DNA of 64,000 nt from an uncultured delta proteobacterium (lineage in GTDB: Bacteria; Desulfobacterota; Desulfomonilia; UBA1062). The stretch spans positions 1-64,000 of the forward strand of contig CAVVYZ010000008.1 in the NCBI GenBank assembly GCA_963752595.1. Reading direction: 5' to 3'. The notes below the pieces were generated by a model. It saw nothing but the letters and a program-made list of their open reading frames with translations. It did not search any database and had not been told where the DNA came from. Made by a program: the position numbers and the translations under genes. Positions 1 to 9,538 of the stretch are shown one piece after another. How positions within the stretch are numbered: position 1 is the stretch's first letter; each line of letters begins with the position of its first letter.

Positions 1-2218
1 GCCGGTGTCTACGACGGTCACGACGTCCCGGTGATCGACCTGGTCAACTGCCCGGACTGGGTGGACACCACGGTCTTCGTCGGCGGAGTCCGCCTGGACG
101 TGGACACCTGCACGGTCGTCTACCCACCACCGCTCCTTGGACCTGCGGGACGGGCTCCTGACCCGGTCCCACCCTCTTCGAGGACGTCGAGGGCCGGCGG
201 ACACGACTGGCGACGCTGCGCTGCGCCAGCATGGCCGACCGCAGGGTCTGCGTGCTGCGCGTCGAGGTCACCCCCGAGAACCATCGGCGGAGATCCGGGT
301 CGAGACCGGGATCAACGGGGACCGCCGCAACCTCGAACGGCTTCCGCTCTACCCGGAGGGCACGGTGTTCCCGCCGGAGACCCGATGGGACAAATGGGCC
401 CGCGCCCGCCATCTGCGGGAGTCGTCCCGGTCCGGCGACGACGACGCCCTCTACCTCGAGATGCGCACGATCGACACCGGTATCGACCTCGGATACGCCA
501 CCGCGACGACCCACGAGCCGCAACCTCGCGGCGCACGGTGCTGCAGCGCAATGGGCGGATCACCGAGGAGACCGTGCACGTCGGTGCCCCGGGCGAGACG
601 CTACGGATGGACAAGCTCGTCGCCATCTGCACCTCACGCGACCCGACGGTCCCGCCACCGGGACACTGCGCGACCGGTGCCGCGCCGTGCTCGCCGAACA
701 CCGGGCGGGCGGGTTCGACGCCGTGGTCGCCGCGAGCCGCGCGGTGTGGAAGCGCCTGTGGGACGAGTGCGACTGCGAGGTCGTCGGCAATGTCGCCTAC
801 ACCCGCGCCCTGCGATTCTGCGTCTACCACCTGATGATCGCGGCGAATCCGGACGATCCGACGGTCAACATCGGCGCGAACGCGCTGGCGGGGGAGCGCT
901 ACCGGGGTCACGTGTTCTGGGACACCGAGATCTTCCTGCTGCCCTTCTACATCCTCACCCAGCCCGACACCGCCAAGGCGCTGCTGCGCTACCGCCACCA
1001 CACCCTGGACGGCGCACGGGCGAACTCCCGCGAGTACGGCACCGGTGGGGCGCGCTACGCCTGGGAGTCCGCCGACACCGGTCGGGAGGAATGTCCTCAG
1101 TTCACCGCCGACGGCGCCAACCGGTTCTGGACCCGTGAGGAGGAGATCCACGTCTCCGCCGACGTCGCCTACGGGATCGCCCGGTACGTCGAGGCGACCG
1201 GCGACACCGCGTTCCTGCACGACGTCGGCGCCGAGATCCTCTTCGAGACCAGCCGCTTCTGGGTCGACCGCGTCGCGCCGGCGGCCGACGGCGCGGCTAC
1301 GAGCTCCGCCAGGTCATGGGACCGGACGAGTTCCACTCCCACATCGACAACAACGCCTTCACCAACCGCCTCGCCCAGTGGCACCTCACCCAGGCGGTCA
1401 CCCTGTACGACGAACTGCGGGAGCGCCATCCGGAGGCGCTCGCCGCGCTCGAATCGAGCATCGGCCTCGATCCGAAGGAACGGGATCGCTGGCAGGAGGT
1501 CGCCGACGGACTTGTCGCTGCTCGGTACGAGGACGGAGTCATCGAGCAGTTCACCGGCTACTTCGAGCGCGACGACGTGCCCATCGCCGAGTGGGACGGC
1601 AACAACATGCCGCGCTACCCGAAGGGCTGCCACCACTTCAACCTCGAGAACACCCAACTGCTCAAGCAGCCCGACGGCGTCATGCTGATGTACCTGCTGC
1701 CCGACGAGTTCAGTGCCGAGGTCAAGAAGGCGAGCTTCGAGTACTACGAGGCCCGGACGCTGCACAAGTCGTCACTGAGCCCGTCGATCCACGCGATCAT
1801 CGGCATCGAGGTCGGCGACACGACCCGGGCGGCCCAGTACTTCGAGCGCTCGGTCTTCGTCGACCTCACCGACAACCAGGGCAACACCGCGGAGGGCATG
1901 CACATCGCCTCCGCGGGTGGCACCTGGCAGATCCTCGTCAACGGGTTCGGGGGCCTGCGCATTCTCGGCGGCCGCGTCACGCTCACCCCGTGGCTGCCCG
2001 ACGACTGGGAGGGCATCCGGTTCCGCCTCCGCTGGCGCGGCCGCCCCATCCAGGTTGCGGTCGACCACCAACGCATCGAGCTACTGCTGGGCGGACCCGC
2101 GGGCGGGACGGAGGAGGTCGTGGTGAACAGCAAACCGGTGCGACTGACCTCCGGCACACCCGTCGAGGTCGCCCGCGAGGAAACAAGGCCGCGCGCCGCT
2201 CCATCCAGCGTGACCTGA
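1..2218 (+). CDS. Glycoside hydrolase family 65 (kojibiose/trehalose/glucosyl-polyol phosphorylase-like), 5'-partial, several frameshifts
   Basis: Motifs spread over ORFs 31.., 137.., 231..1688 and 1316..2218: DLVNCPDW, GERYRGHVFWDTE, GARYAWES, EIHVSADVAY, GPDEFH (catalytic Glu), KQPD, HKSSLS. Confidence 0.85.
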
Positions 2219-2369
2219 GCGCCGCGGGCGGGGTGGCGCTGGCCGAGTCGGAGGGCCAGCGGCCCTGAGCACCCGATGTGGGTCGTGATCGACGCGGATG
2301 TGCGAGGCCGCCGACTGGCTGATCAATTGGCTGAACGCGAAATTGACGGCGCCGATCAACATCCTCTTC

Positions 2370-3447
2370 GTGAAATTCGTCCGGCGTCACCCGCGCCGCG
2401 TCCGGCAAGACGAAGGAAGGAGTGAGTCGGTGGACCTGTACACCCTGACCAACCGTAACGGACTCGTCGCGAAGATCACCAACCTCGGCGGCCACGTGAC
2501 CGAGCTTCAGGTGCCCGACCGCAGCGGCCACATGGCCGACATCGTGCTGGGCCACAGCACGCTCGATCCGTACCTCGACCGCAGGACCAACCCCTACTTC
2601 GGCTCGATCGTCGGCCGGTACGCCAACCGGATCGCCAAGGGCAAGTTCACCCTCGCCGGCACGCAGTACACGCTCGATGCCAGCAGCGGCGGCAACCACC
2701 TGCACGGCGGCAAGGTGGGGTTCGATCTGAAGGTTTGGGATGCCGACTGGATGCCGGACAACCCCGAGGGACCTGCCCTGCGGCTCACCTACTCGAGCCG
2801 AGACGGCGAGGAGGGCTACCCCGGCCAGCTCGACACCACCGTCGTCTACACGCTGACACACGACAACGCCCTGACGATCGACTACCGGGCGCGGACCGAC
2901 AAGCCGACGGTGGTGAACCTGACCAACCACTCCTACTTCAACCTCTCCGGCGAGGCGTCGGGCGACATCATCACCGGCCATGTGCTCGAACTGAACGCCG
3001 ACCATTACACCGTGGTCGACGAGGCGTTGATCCCGACCGGTGAGGTGGCTCCTGTGACAGGGACACCATTTGATTTCACCACACCGCGCCCGATCAGCGA
3101 GCGTCTCGGCGGTGTCGGCGGTAACCCCGGTTACGACCACAACTTCGTGATCAACGGCAAGGCTCGGCGAGTTGCGGCTGGCCGCTCGGATGTACGACCC
3201 CGCCAGTGGACGGGTGATGGAGATCCACACCACCCAGCCGGGCATCCAGTTCTATGACGGCAATCTGCTCGACGCCACGATCACCGGCAAGGGCGGCAAG
3301 GTCTACGTCAGGCACTACGGCTTCTGCCTGGAAACCCAGCACTTCCCCGACTCCCCGAACCAGCCGAACTTCCCCTCGACGGTGCTGCGGCCCGGCGAGG
3401 AGTACCAGGAAATGACGGTACATCGGTTCTCGACGCAGAAATCCTGA
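2370..3447 (+). CDS. galM: Aldose 1-epimerase (galactose mutarotase), frameshifted near 2428 and 3165; start approximate
   Basis: [27 protein letters not shown] and GYDHNF in ORF 2298..3257; PGIQFY and [10 protein letters not shown] in ORF 3172..3447. Confidence 0.88.
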
Positions 3448-3473
3448 GAAATGTCGGCCTGGAGGAGGAGAGC

Positions 3474-5048
3474 ATGACTGAGGGTCCCTACTTGATGGGC
3501 ATCGACTACGGCACCGGCGGGGTGCGGGCCGGCATCTTTGATGTCGAGGGGACGCCGGTCGTGTTCCACGGGGTCGAGTTCGAGACGAGCTACCCGCGTT
3601 CGGGCCGGGCCGAGCAGGATCCCGACGTCTGGTGGTCGAGCCTGGTGGCCGCCGTCCACGGCGCCATGGAGCAGAGCGGCGTGCCGAGCGACGCCGTCGC
3701 CGGCATCGGTGTGGACACCACCGGGGCGACGGTTCTCGCCCTGGACGCGAACGACCGCCCTTTGCGACCGGCGATCATGTGGATGGACGTGCGTGCCGCC
3801 GACCAGGCGGAGCGCATCGCGGACACCGGCGATCCGGCCCTGAAGTACAACGGTTTCGGCTCTGTCTCGGCCGAGTGGGGACTGCCCAAGTGCCTGTGGC
3901 TCAAGGAGCAGGAGCCCACGACCTGGCGGGAAGCGCGGCACATCTGCGACGCGGTGGACTGGCTCGTCAACCGGCTGACCGGTGAGTGGACGGCATCCAT
4001 CAGCGTTGCGGCCCCCAAGTACCACCACGACCGCGACGAGGGCGGCTTCCCGGTCGGCCTGCTGGAGGCCGTCGGCCTCGAGGGCTTCCTGGAGAAGTTC
4101 CCGCAGGACGTCAAGGACATGGGCGCTCCGGTCGGTGGCCTGCGCACGGAGGTGGCCGAGGAGTTGGGTCTGCGGTCCGGCACGCCGGTGGCTGAGGGCG
4201 GTATCGACGGCTTCGTCGGGCAGGTCGGGCTGGGTGTGATCGAGCCCGGCCGGCTGGCCCTGATCACCGGTTCCTCCCACGCCCTGCTCGGGCAGGTCGC
4301 GGAGCCGATCCACGGCCGGGGCTTCTGGGGCGCGTACACCGATGCGGTGATGCCGGGGCAGTACACCGTGGAGGCCGGCCAGGCCTCGACCGGGACGATC
4401 GTGGCCTGGTTCAAGAACCGCTTCGCCAAGGGCGCCACGCAGGAGGCCACCAAGCGCGGCGTCGACCCGTACGTGGTCCTCAACGAGCTGGCCCGCGAGG
4501 TCCCGATCGGTTCCGACGGGCTGATCGTCGTCGACTACTTCCAGGGCAACCGCACCCCGCACACCGATCCGCTGGTGCGCGGAATGTTCTGGGGCCTGTC
4601 ACTCGGCCACACCGAGGGGCACCTGTTCCGGGCCATCATCGAGGGCATCTGCTACGGCACCGAGGACAGTCTGCGGACCTTCCGCGGACACAGGTTCGAG
4701 CCGCGGCTGAACATCGCGTCCGGCGGTCCCACCAACAGCGACCTCTGGATGCAGATCCACGCCGACGTCTCCGGCGTCCCGATTGCTTTCAACAGAGTGG
4801 GCGACGGGCCCGTGCTCGGATCGGCGATCCTCGGAGCGGTCGGGGCCGGGCTCTACCCCGACATCCCGACTGCCGTGGCGCACATGGTCCACACCGAGCG
4901 CACGCTCGAGCCCGATCCGGACCGTCACGAGGAGTACAAGTTCTATGTGGACAGGTACATCGAGACTTACGAGCGCATGAAGGAGCCGATGCACCGCATG
5001 ACGCGTCATGTCGCAGCCAAGGGCGCATCCGCGCCCGCCGACCGATAG
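3474..5048 (+). CDS. FGGY-family carbohydrate kinase (ribulokinase/pentulose kinase-like)
   Basis: GIDYGT N-terminus, AIMWMDVRA, GGID, GNRTP, AIIEG; SD GGAGGAG upstream. Confidence 0.9.
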   Translation: MTEGPYLMGIDYGTGGVRAGIFDVEGTPVVFHGVEFETSYPRSGRAEQDPDVWWSSLVAAVHGAMEQSGVPSDAVAGIGVDTTGATVLALDANDRPLRPAIMWMDVRAADQAERIADTGDPALKYNGFGSVSAEWGLPKCLWLKEQEPTTWREARHICDAVDWLVNRLTGEWTASISVAAPKYHHDRDEGGFPVGLLEAVGLEGFLEKFPQDVKDMGAPVGGLRTEVAEELGLRSGTPVAEGGIDGFVGQVGLGVIEPGRLALITGSSHALLGQVAEPIHGRGFWGAYTDAVMPGQYTVEAGQASTGTIVAWFKNRFAKGATQEATKRGVDPYVVLNELAREVPIGSDGLIVVDYFQGNRTPHTDPLVRGMFWGLSLGHTEGHLFRAIIEGICYGTEDSLRTFRGHRFEPRLNIASGGPTNSDLWMQIHADVSGVPIAFNRVGDGPVLGSAILGAVGAGLYPDIPTAVAHMVHTERTLEPDPDRHEEYKFYVDRYIETYERMKEPMHRMTRHVAAKGASAPADR

Positions 5049-5066
5049 AGGCCGGGGGAGGCGACG

Positions 5067-5391
5067 GTGAGCACCGAGCGAATTCAGGCGGCGTTGCGTG
5101 ACGCCACCGATACCAAGGATGTCGTCATCGCCGCCGGGGTGCTCACCTCGGTCGGTGAGGTCTTCTCCCGGACCTTCGGCGACGTGCCGGCGGTCGTGGT
5201 CGCCGACGAGAACACCTACCAGGCCGCCGGCGAGGAGGTGCACCGGCGGCTGATGGGGGCCGGGCGCACGATGGTCGACCCGTACGTCTTTCCCGGACGA
5301 CCGGCGCTGCGCGCCGAGTACGGCAACATCACCACGCTGGCCGGATGGCTGCGAACCCACGACGCCATCCCGGTCGCGGTCGCGTCGGGGA
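5067..5391 (+). CDS. sn-glycerol-1-phosphate dehydrogenase-like (AraM/EgsA family), truncated at junction
   Basis: VVVADENTY and AVASGT (GSGT-type NAD motif); the frame is cut off right after this motif where composition changes. Confidence 0.7.
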
Positions 5392-5400
5392 CAGCCTTTC
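5385..5400. other. Abrupt junction between high-GC and moderate-GC DNA (probable chimera)
   Basis: Left gene stops mid-domain (..VASGT) and right gene begins mid-domain (QPFIVENGG); GC and codon style switch within a few bases. Confidence 0.8.
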
Positions 5401-6153
5401 ATCGTGGAAAACGGCGGAGGGATCTTCTTCCCCAAAAACTACCGCGGTTTCAGGATCGAAAAAAGCATCATCATTCATAATCTGAAATGCATCCCGCTCG
5501 GTATGCCTTACGGCAAAATCAGAGCGTTCATGAAGCGCTCGGGCTCTCAATTTTCGATCAGGGGCTTCGGAGACATGTCCGAGGAAGAGATCGCGGCACA
5601 TACCGGCTTATCAAGAGATATGGCTGCGCAGGCAAAGGCCCGGGAGTTTACCGAGCCCTTCTTCATCGAGCACGGAGAACAGATATCCTCCCTTGAAAAA
5701 ACAGCGCATGAAGCCGGGATAAAAATCACACGCGGAGGGAGGTTCTTTCATTTCATCGGCTGCGGCAATGACAAGGGCGAAGCAGTAAAACTCACGAAGG
5801 CTATCTTTGAAGATAACGAGCGGAAGCATGAGCTTACCGTCGGCCTCGGAGACAGCCTGAATGATCTGCCCATGCTCGCACAGGTCGATATCCCGGTTCT
5901 GATACCCCATCCGGATGGAAGGTATGAACATATGAGCCTGCCGGATCTTATCCGTGCTCCTTTCCCGGGCAGTAAGGGCTGGAACGTGGCAGTCATCGGC
6001 ATTCTCGATGCCTTCAAACGGGTGGAGGACAAGGGCTGGAAATTTTCAGGGCATGATCGCATTGAATGGAATTCACTGACACGGGGCAGAAGGATAGTCT
6101 CAAAATCCTTCAATCGCCCCTTCATGAACAAGACCGATCATTCGGGGATATGA
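5392..6153 (+). CDS. HAD-IIB mannosyl/glucosyl-3-phosphoglycerate phosphatase, N-terminus missing
   Basis: PFIVENGG, AKAREFTEPF, GGRFFH, DKGEAV, GLGDSLNDLPML; HAD motif I (DxD) absent. Confidence 0.85.
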   Translation, partial: QPFIVENGGGIFFPKNYRGFRIEKSIIIHNLKCIPLGMPYGKIRAFMKRSGSQFSIRGFGDMSEEEIAAHTGLSRDMAAQAKAREFTEPFFIEHGEQISSLEKTAHEAGIKITRGGRFFHFIGCGNDKGEAVKLTKAIFEDNERKHELTVGLGDSLNDLPMLAQVDIPVLIPHPDGRYEHMSLPDLIRAPFPGSKGWNVAVIGILDAFKRVEDKGWKFSGHDRIEWNSLTRGRRIVSKSFNRPFMNKTDHSGI

Positions 6154-6201
6154 ATGCAAGGCTTTGACGTATGACGTTAGAATAGCACGAGGAGGTGCAT
6201 C

Positions 6202-7413
6202 ATGGCAGATTTCTATCAGCACGGTATAATAGCCACATTGCAGAAAATGCGATGCAGGCCGGTGGAAAACCTTGAGAATGAACTTTTTGAAATAGCGAAA
6301 AAAAACAAAATGGTATTGCTGCTGCCGGCCCTTGTCTCGGAATTCGATACTCCGGCCATGCCGAATATCCTCGCCGAGCTTAAGAAGGTCCGCTACCTCG
6401 ATAAAATAGTGCTCTCCCTCGACCGGGCCGATGTGAATCAGTTTAAACGGGTAAAGCAGATCATGTCGGAACTCCCGACCGAGGTAAAAATCGTCTGGCA
6501 TGACGGCCCCAGAATGAACGCCTTTTACAAGGAACTTCGCGGCAACGATTTCAAGCTGGAAGTACCGGGCAAGGGCCGCTCGGTATGGATGACGCTCGGG
6601 TATATCCTGGCCGACAAAGACGTGGATGCCATTGCGCTGCACGATACGGATATCATAAATTACTCGCGGGAGATGCTTGCCCGCCTCATTTACCCGGTCG
6701 TGCACCCGGCGCTGGACTACGATTTCGGCAAAGGATATTACGCCCGTGTAACGGACAAGCTTTACGGCAGGGTAACCAGGCTCTTCTACCTTCCCATCAT
6801 CAACACGCTCAAACACATCATGGGCTACAATCCCTTCCTCGAATATCTCGGGGCGTTCCGATATGCGCTCTCGGGCGAGTTCGCCATGCTCTCCACCATT
6901 GCCCGCGGGATCAGGATCTCTCCTACCTGGGGCCTCGAGGTATCGATGCTCAACGAGGTATACCACCGGACCTCTCCCCATCGAATCTGCCAGGTCGAGA
7001 TTGCCGAGAATTATGAGCACAAGCACCAGACGCTCCAGCGGGATAACGCAGGCGGCGGGCTCAACCGCATGGCAACCGATATAGCCGAGGCTTTGCTCAG
7101 AATTTTAAGCCAGGACGGAATGGTCTTGAGCGAATCCTTCTTCCGTACCATGTTCACCTCCTACATAGAGGAATCACGGCTTGCCATCGAGAAGTACAAC
7201 GCGCTCTCGCTCCTCAACGGGCTTACCTATGACCCCCACAGCGAGATCGAGGCAACCGAGGCCTTTGTCTGCTCGCTGAAGAATGCAACGACCAAGTTCA
7301 TCTCCGACCCGGTCGGTATCCCCATGATGAGTTCCTGGGTCAGGATCAGCGCAGCCATCCCGGATTTTCAGGACCGCCTGAGGGAGGCCGTGGAGCAGGA
7401 CAACTCGCTGTAA
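6202..7413 (+). CDS. gpgS: Glucosyl-3-phosphoglycerate synthase (GT81-like)
   Basis: MADFYQHG start, GKGRSVW, LHDTDI, KGYYARV, YGRVTRL, YALSGEF, YEHKHQ; next to the cognate phosphatase; SD GGAGG. Confidence 0.8.
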   Translation: MADFYQHGIIATLQKMRCRPVENLENELFEIAKKNKMVLLLPALVSEFDTPAMPNILAELKKVRYLDKIVLSLDRADVNQFKRVKQIMSELPTEVKIVWHDGPRMNAFYKELRGNDFKLEVPGKGRSVWMTLGYILADKDVDAIALHDTDIINYSREMLARLIYPVVHPALDYDFGKGYYARVTDKLYGRVTRLFYLPIINTLKHIMGYNPFLEYLGAFRYALSGEFAMLSTIARGIRISPTWGLEVSMLNEVYHRTSPHRICQVEIAENYEHKHQTLQRDNAGGGLNRMATDIAEALLRILSQDGMVLSESFFRTMFTSYIEESRLAIEKYNALSLLNGLTYDPHSEIEATEAFVCSLKNATTKFISDPVGIPMMSSWVRISAAIPDFQDRLREAVEQDNSL

Positions 7414-7444
7414 GCAAAAATGACAGCCATCCGATATCCTCCTT

Positions 7445-7486
7445 ACCTTGCCTTCTCCCCCGGCGTCAGGGGAGAAGGGACAAGGT
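7445..7486. repeat. REP-like palindrome / hairpin downstream of gpgS
   Basis: ACCTTG-CCTTCTCCCC (7445-7460) pairs with GGGGAGAAGG (7469-7478) and CAAGGT (7481-7486). Confidence 0.6.
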
Positions 7487-7579
7487 GACGCTTTCCCGGC
7501 CTCAATACGGGCATACCAAACCGGCTGCACCACTTGCTTTCAAGGGAACAAGACAAGCGCATTGCTTCATTTTTTAAGC

Positions 7580-7608
7580 TTGACACTCCCTCAAGACAAC
7601 CTTATAGA
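7580..7608 (+). promoter_or_regulatory. Probable sigma70 promoter of the leu leader
   Basis: TTGACA (7580-7585)-N17-TATAGA (7603-7608). Confidence 0.5.
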
Positions 7609-7644
7609 AAGGACAGCAATTCTTAAAATATAAGGAGTGGCCTC

Positions 7645-7743
7645 GTGAAACACGACGGGTATCGGAAAGCTTTCTCAGCACTGCTTCTCCTCCTATGCCT
7701 TAGGCTAAAGGACCGACGCCCGCCGCTTACAGGTTGTCCATAA
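7645..7743 (+). CDS. Leucine attenuator leader peptide (32 aa) MKHDGYRKAFSALLLLLCLRLKDRRPPLTGCP
   Basis: AAGGAG at 7632-7637, GTG start, five consecutive Leu codons (CTG CTT CTC CTC CTA) plus three more, TAA at 7741-7743; not in the ORF track. Confidence 0.85.
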   Translation: MKHDGYRKAFSALLLLLCLRLKDRRPPLTGCP

Positions 7744-7765
7744 CGAAAAAAAGGATAAAGAACCT

Positions 7766-7806
7766 AAGGGCCATGGGCGATAACAAGTCCATGGCCCTTT
7801 TTGTTT
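7766..7806 (+). terminator. Attenuator intrinsic terminator upstream of leuA
   Basis: AAGGGCCATGG (7766-7776) / CCATGGCCCTT (7789-7799) stem followed by TTTGTTT. Confidence 0.85.
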
Positions 7807-7824
7807 GTATGAAAGGAGAATGAA

Positions 7825-9357
7825 ATGGACGAGAATCGGAATAAGGTATTTATCTTCGACACCACCTTAAGGGACGGCGAGCAGTCTCCGGGCTGCAGCA
7901 TGAATCCGGATGAAAAGCTCCTCCTTGCACGCCAGCTCGAAAGACTCGGGGTGGACATCATCGAGGCAGGGTTCCCTATTGCATCGGAAGGTGATTTCGC
8001 TTCCGTGCGCCAGATCGCACGCGAGATCAAAGGCACACAGGTCGCAGGCCTCGCCAGGGCAAACCTGAAAGATATCGACCGCGCATGGGAGGCAATCAGA
8101 GATGCAGCTGATCCGCGCATCCACACGTTCATTTCTTCTTCCGACATCCACCTGAAGTATCAGCTCCGCAAGTCCAGGCAGGAAGTATTGAAGGAGGCCC
8201 GCGAAGCAGTCACACATGCCCGTTCTTTTACGAAGAACGTCGAGTTTTCTCCTATGGATGCAACACGGAGTGACCGTGATTATCTGTGCGAGATGGTCGA
8301 AGCAGTCATCGATTGCGGCGCGACGACGGTCAACATCCCGGACACGGTCGGGTACGCGATCCCCGATGAGTTCGGCGCCCTGATCGCACTCCTGTTCGAC
8401 AGAGTGAAGAACATCCGGCAGGCAGTCATTTCCGTGCACTGCCACAACGATCTCGGACTGGCGGTTGCCAATTCTCTGGCCGCTTTGCGAAACGGGGCAA
8501 GGCAGGTTGAATGTACGATCAACGGTATCGGCGAACGCGCCGGGAATGCCGCGATGGAAGAGCTCGTCATGGCCCTGGCGACACGCAAGGACCTGTTCGG
8601 GCTCCACACCGGGATCAACACCGAGAATATCTACCAGACGTCACGGCTCCTGACCCAAATAACCGGTGTCCGGGTACAGCCCAACAAGGCCATTGTCGGC
8701 GCCAACGCCTTTGCCCATGAATCAGGGATCCACCAGGACGGCCTGATAAAGGAAAAACTCACCTACGAAATCATGACCCCTCAGTCCGTCGGGATGCCCG
8801 AAAGCCATATCGTGCTGGGCAAGCATTCCGGGCGTCACGCCGTGACCAATCACCTGAAGCAGCTCGGATATGATTTGGGCCATGATGAGCTGAACAGGGT
8901 TTTCAGCCGCTTCAAGGACCTTGCCGATGTCAAGAAGGACATCTTTGACGAAGACCTCGAAGCGATCCTCTATGAAGAGGTCTTAAGAATCGATGAGAAG
9001 TTCAAACTCGTCTACCTGAACGTGGTGAGCGGGAACGTGGCCGTGCCCACCGCGACCATGCAGATAGAGGTCGAAGGCCGGATCCTGCAGGATGCCGGGT
9101 TCGGCGTCGGACCTGTTGATGCGACCTTCGATGCCCTCCGCAAGATCACTAAGACCAACTACAACCTGATGAAATATACGGTCAATGCCGTAACCGGAGG
9201 GACAGACGCCCAGGGCGAGGCCACGGTACAGCTCAAGCACAACGGCCGCTCCGTAGTCGGCCATGGTGCGCACCCCGATGTCCTGGTTGCCTCGGCAAAG
9301 GCATATATCAATGCCCTGAACCGCATCGAGTGGCTCAATAAAGAAAATCCGGAGTAG
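7825..9357 (+). CDS. leuA: 2-isopropylmalate synthase
   Basis: DTTLRDGEQSPG, HCHNDLG, GIGERAGN, HESGIHQDG, C-terminal regulatory domain (GVGPVDA). Confidence 0.96.
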   Translation: MDENRNKVFIFDTTLRDGEQSPGCSMNPDEKLLLARQLERLGVDIIEAGFPIASEGDFASVRQIAREIKGTQVAGLARANLKDIDRAWEAIRDAADPRIHTFISSSDIHLKYQLRKSRQEVLKEAREAVTHARSFTKNVEFSPMDATRSDRDYLCEMVEAVIDCGATTVNIPDTVGYAIPDEFGALIALLFDRVKNIRQAVISVHCHNDLGLAVANSLAALRNGARQVECTINGIGERAGNAAMEELVMALATRKDLFGLHTGINTENIYQTSRLLTQITGVRVQPNKAIVGANAFAHESGIHQDGLIKEKLTYEIMTPQSVGMPESHIVLGKHSGRHAVTNHLKQLGYDLGHDELNRVFSRFKDLADVKKDIFDEDLEAILYEEVLRIDEKFKLVYLNVVSGNVAVPTATMQIEVEGRILQDAGFGVGPVDATFDALRKITKTNYNLMKYTVNAVTGGTDAQGEATVQLKHNGRSVVGHGAHPDVLVASAKAYINALNRIEWLNKENPE

Positions 9358-9381
9358 GTGATCAGAGGATATCCGCTCCGA

Positions 9382-9404
9382 AAAAAGCTTCGATCTTGCT
9401 TTTT
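9382..9404 (+). terminator. Weak possible terminator after leuA
   Basis: AAAAAGC..GCTTTTT inverted repeat. Confidence 0.35.
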
Positions 9405-9538
9405 ACATCGAGTTCTTTTAACTTTAGATAATAAATGACCTTTTTGCACACGGATCCGTCTCTGCCCGCATATTCGCCTGTATCGGGTAATAGCGGGAGT
9501 GTGGAGATTCACGGGTCATACCTTTGATGGAGGATATC

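Noticed and set aside
1-5391. Horizontally acquired genomic island
   Set aside because: No integrase, IS, tRNA or att repeat at the edge, and both flanking genes are cut mid-domain; a chimera is simpler unless reads show otherwise
44-5435. Long antisense and alternate-frame ORFs (e.g. 1983..3245, 3315..4562)
   Set aside because: Shadow ORFs of high-GC coding sequence with no motifs
5067-5480. Novel 137-aa fusion protein
   Set aside because: The tail after VASGT is an out-of-frame read of the phosphatase across the junction
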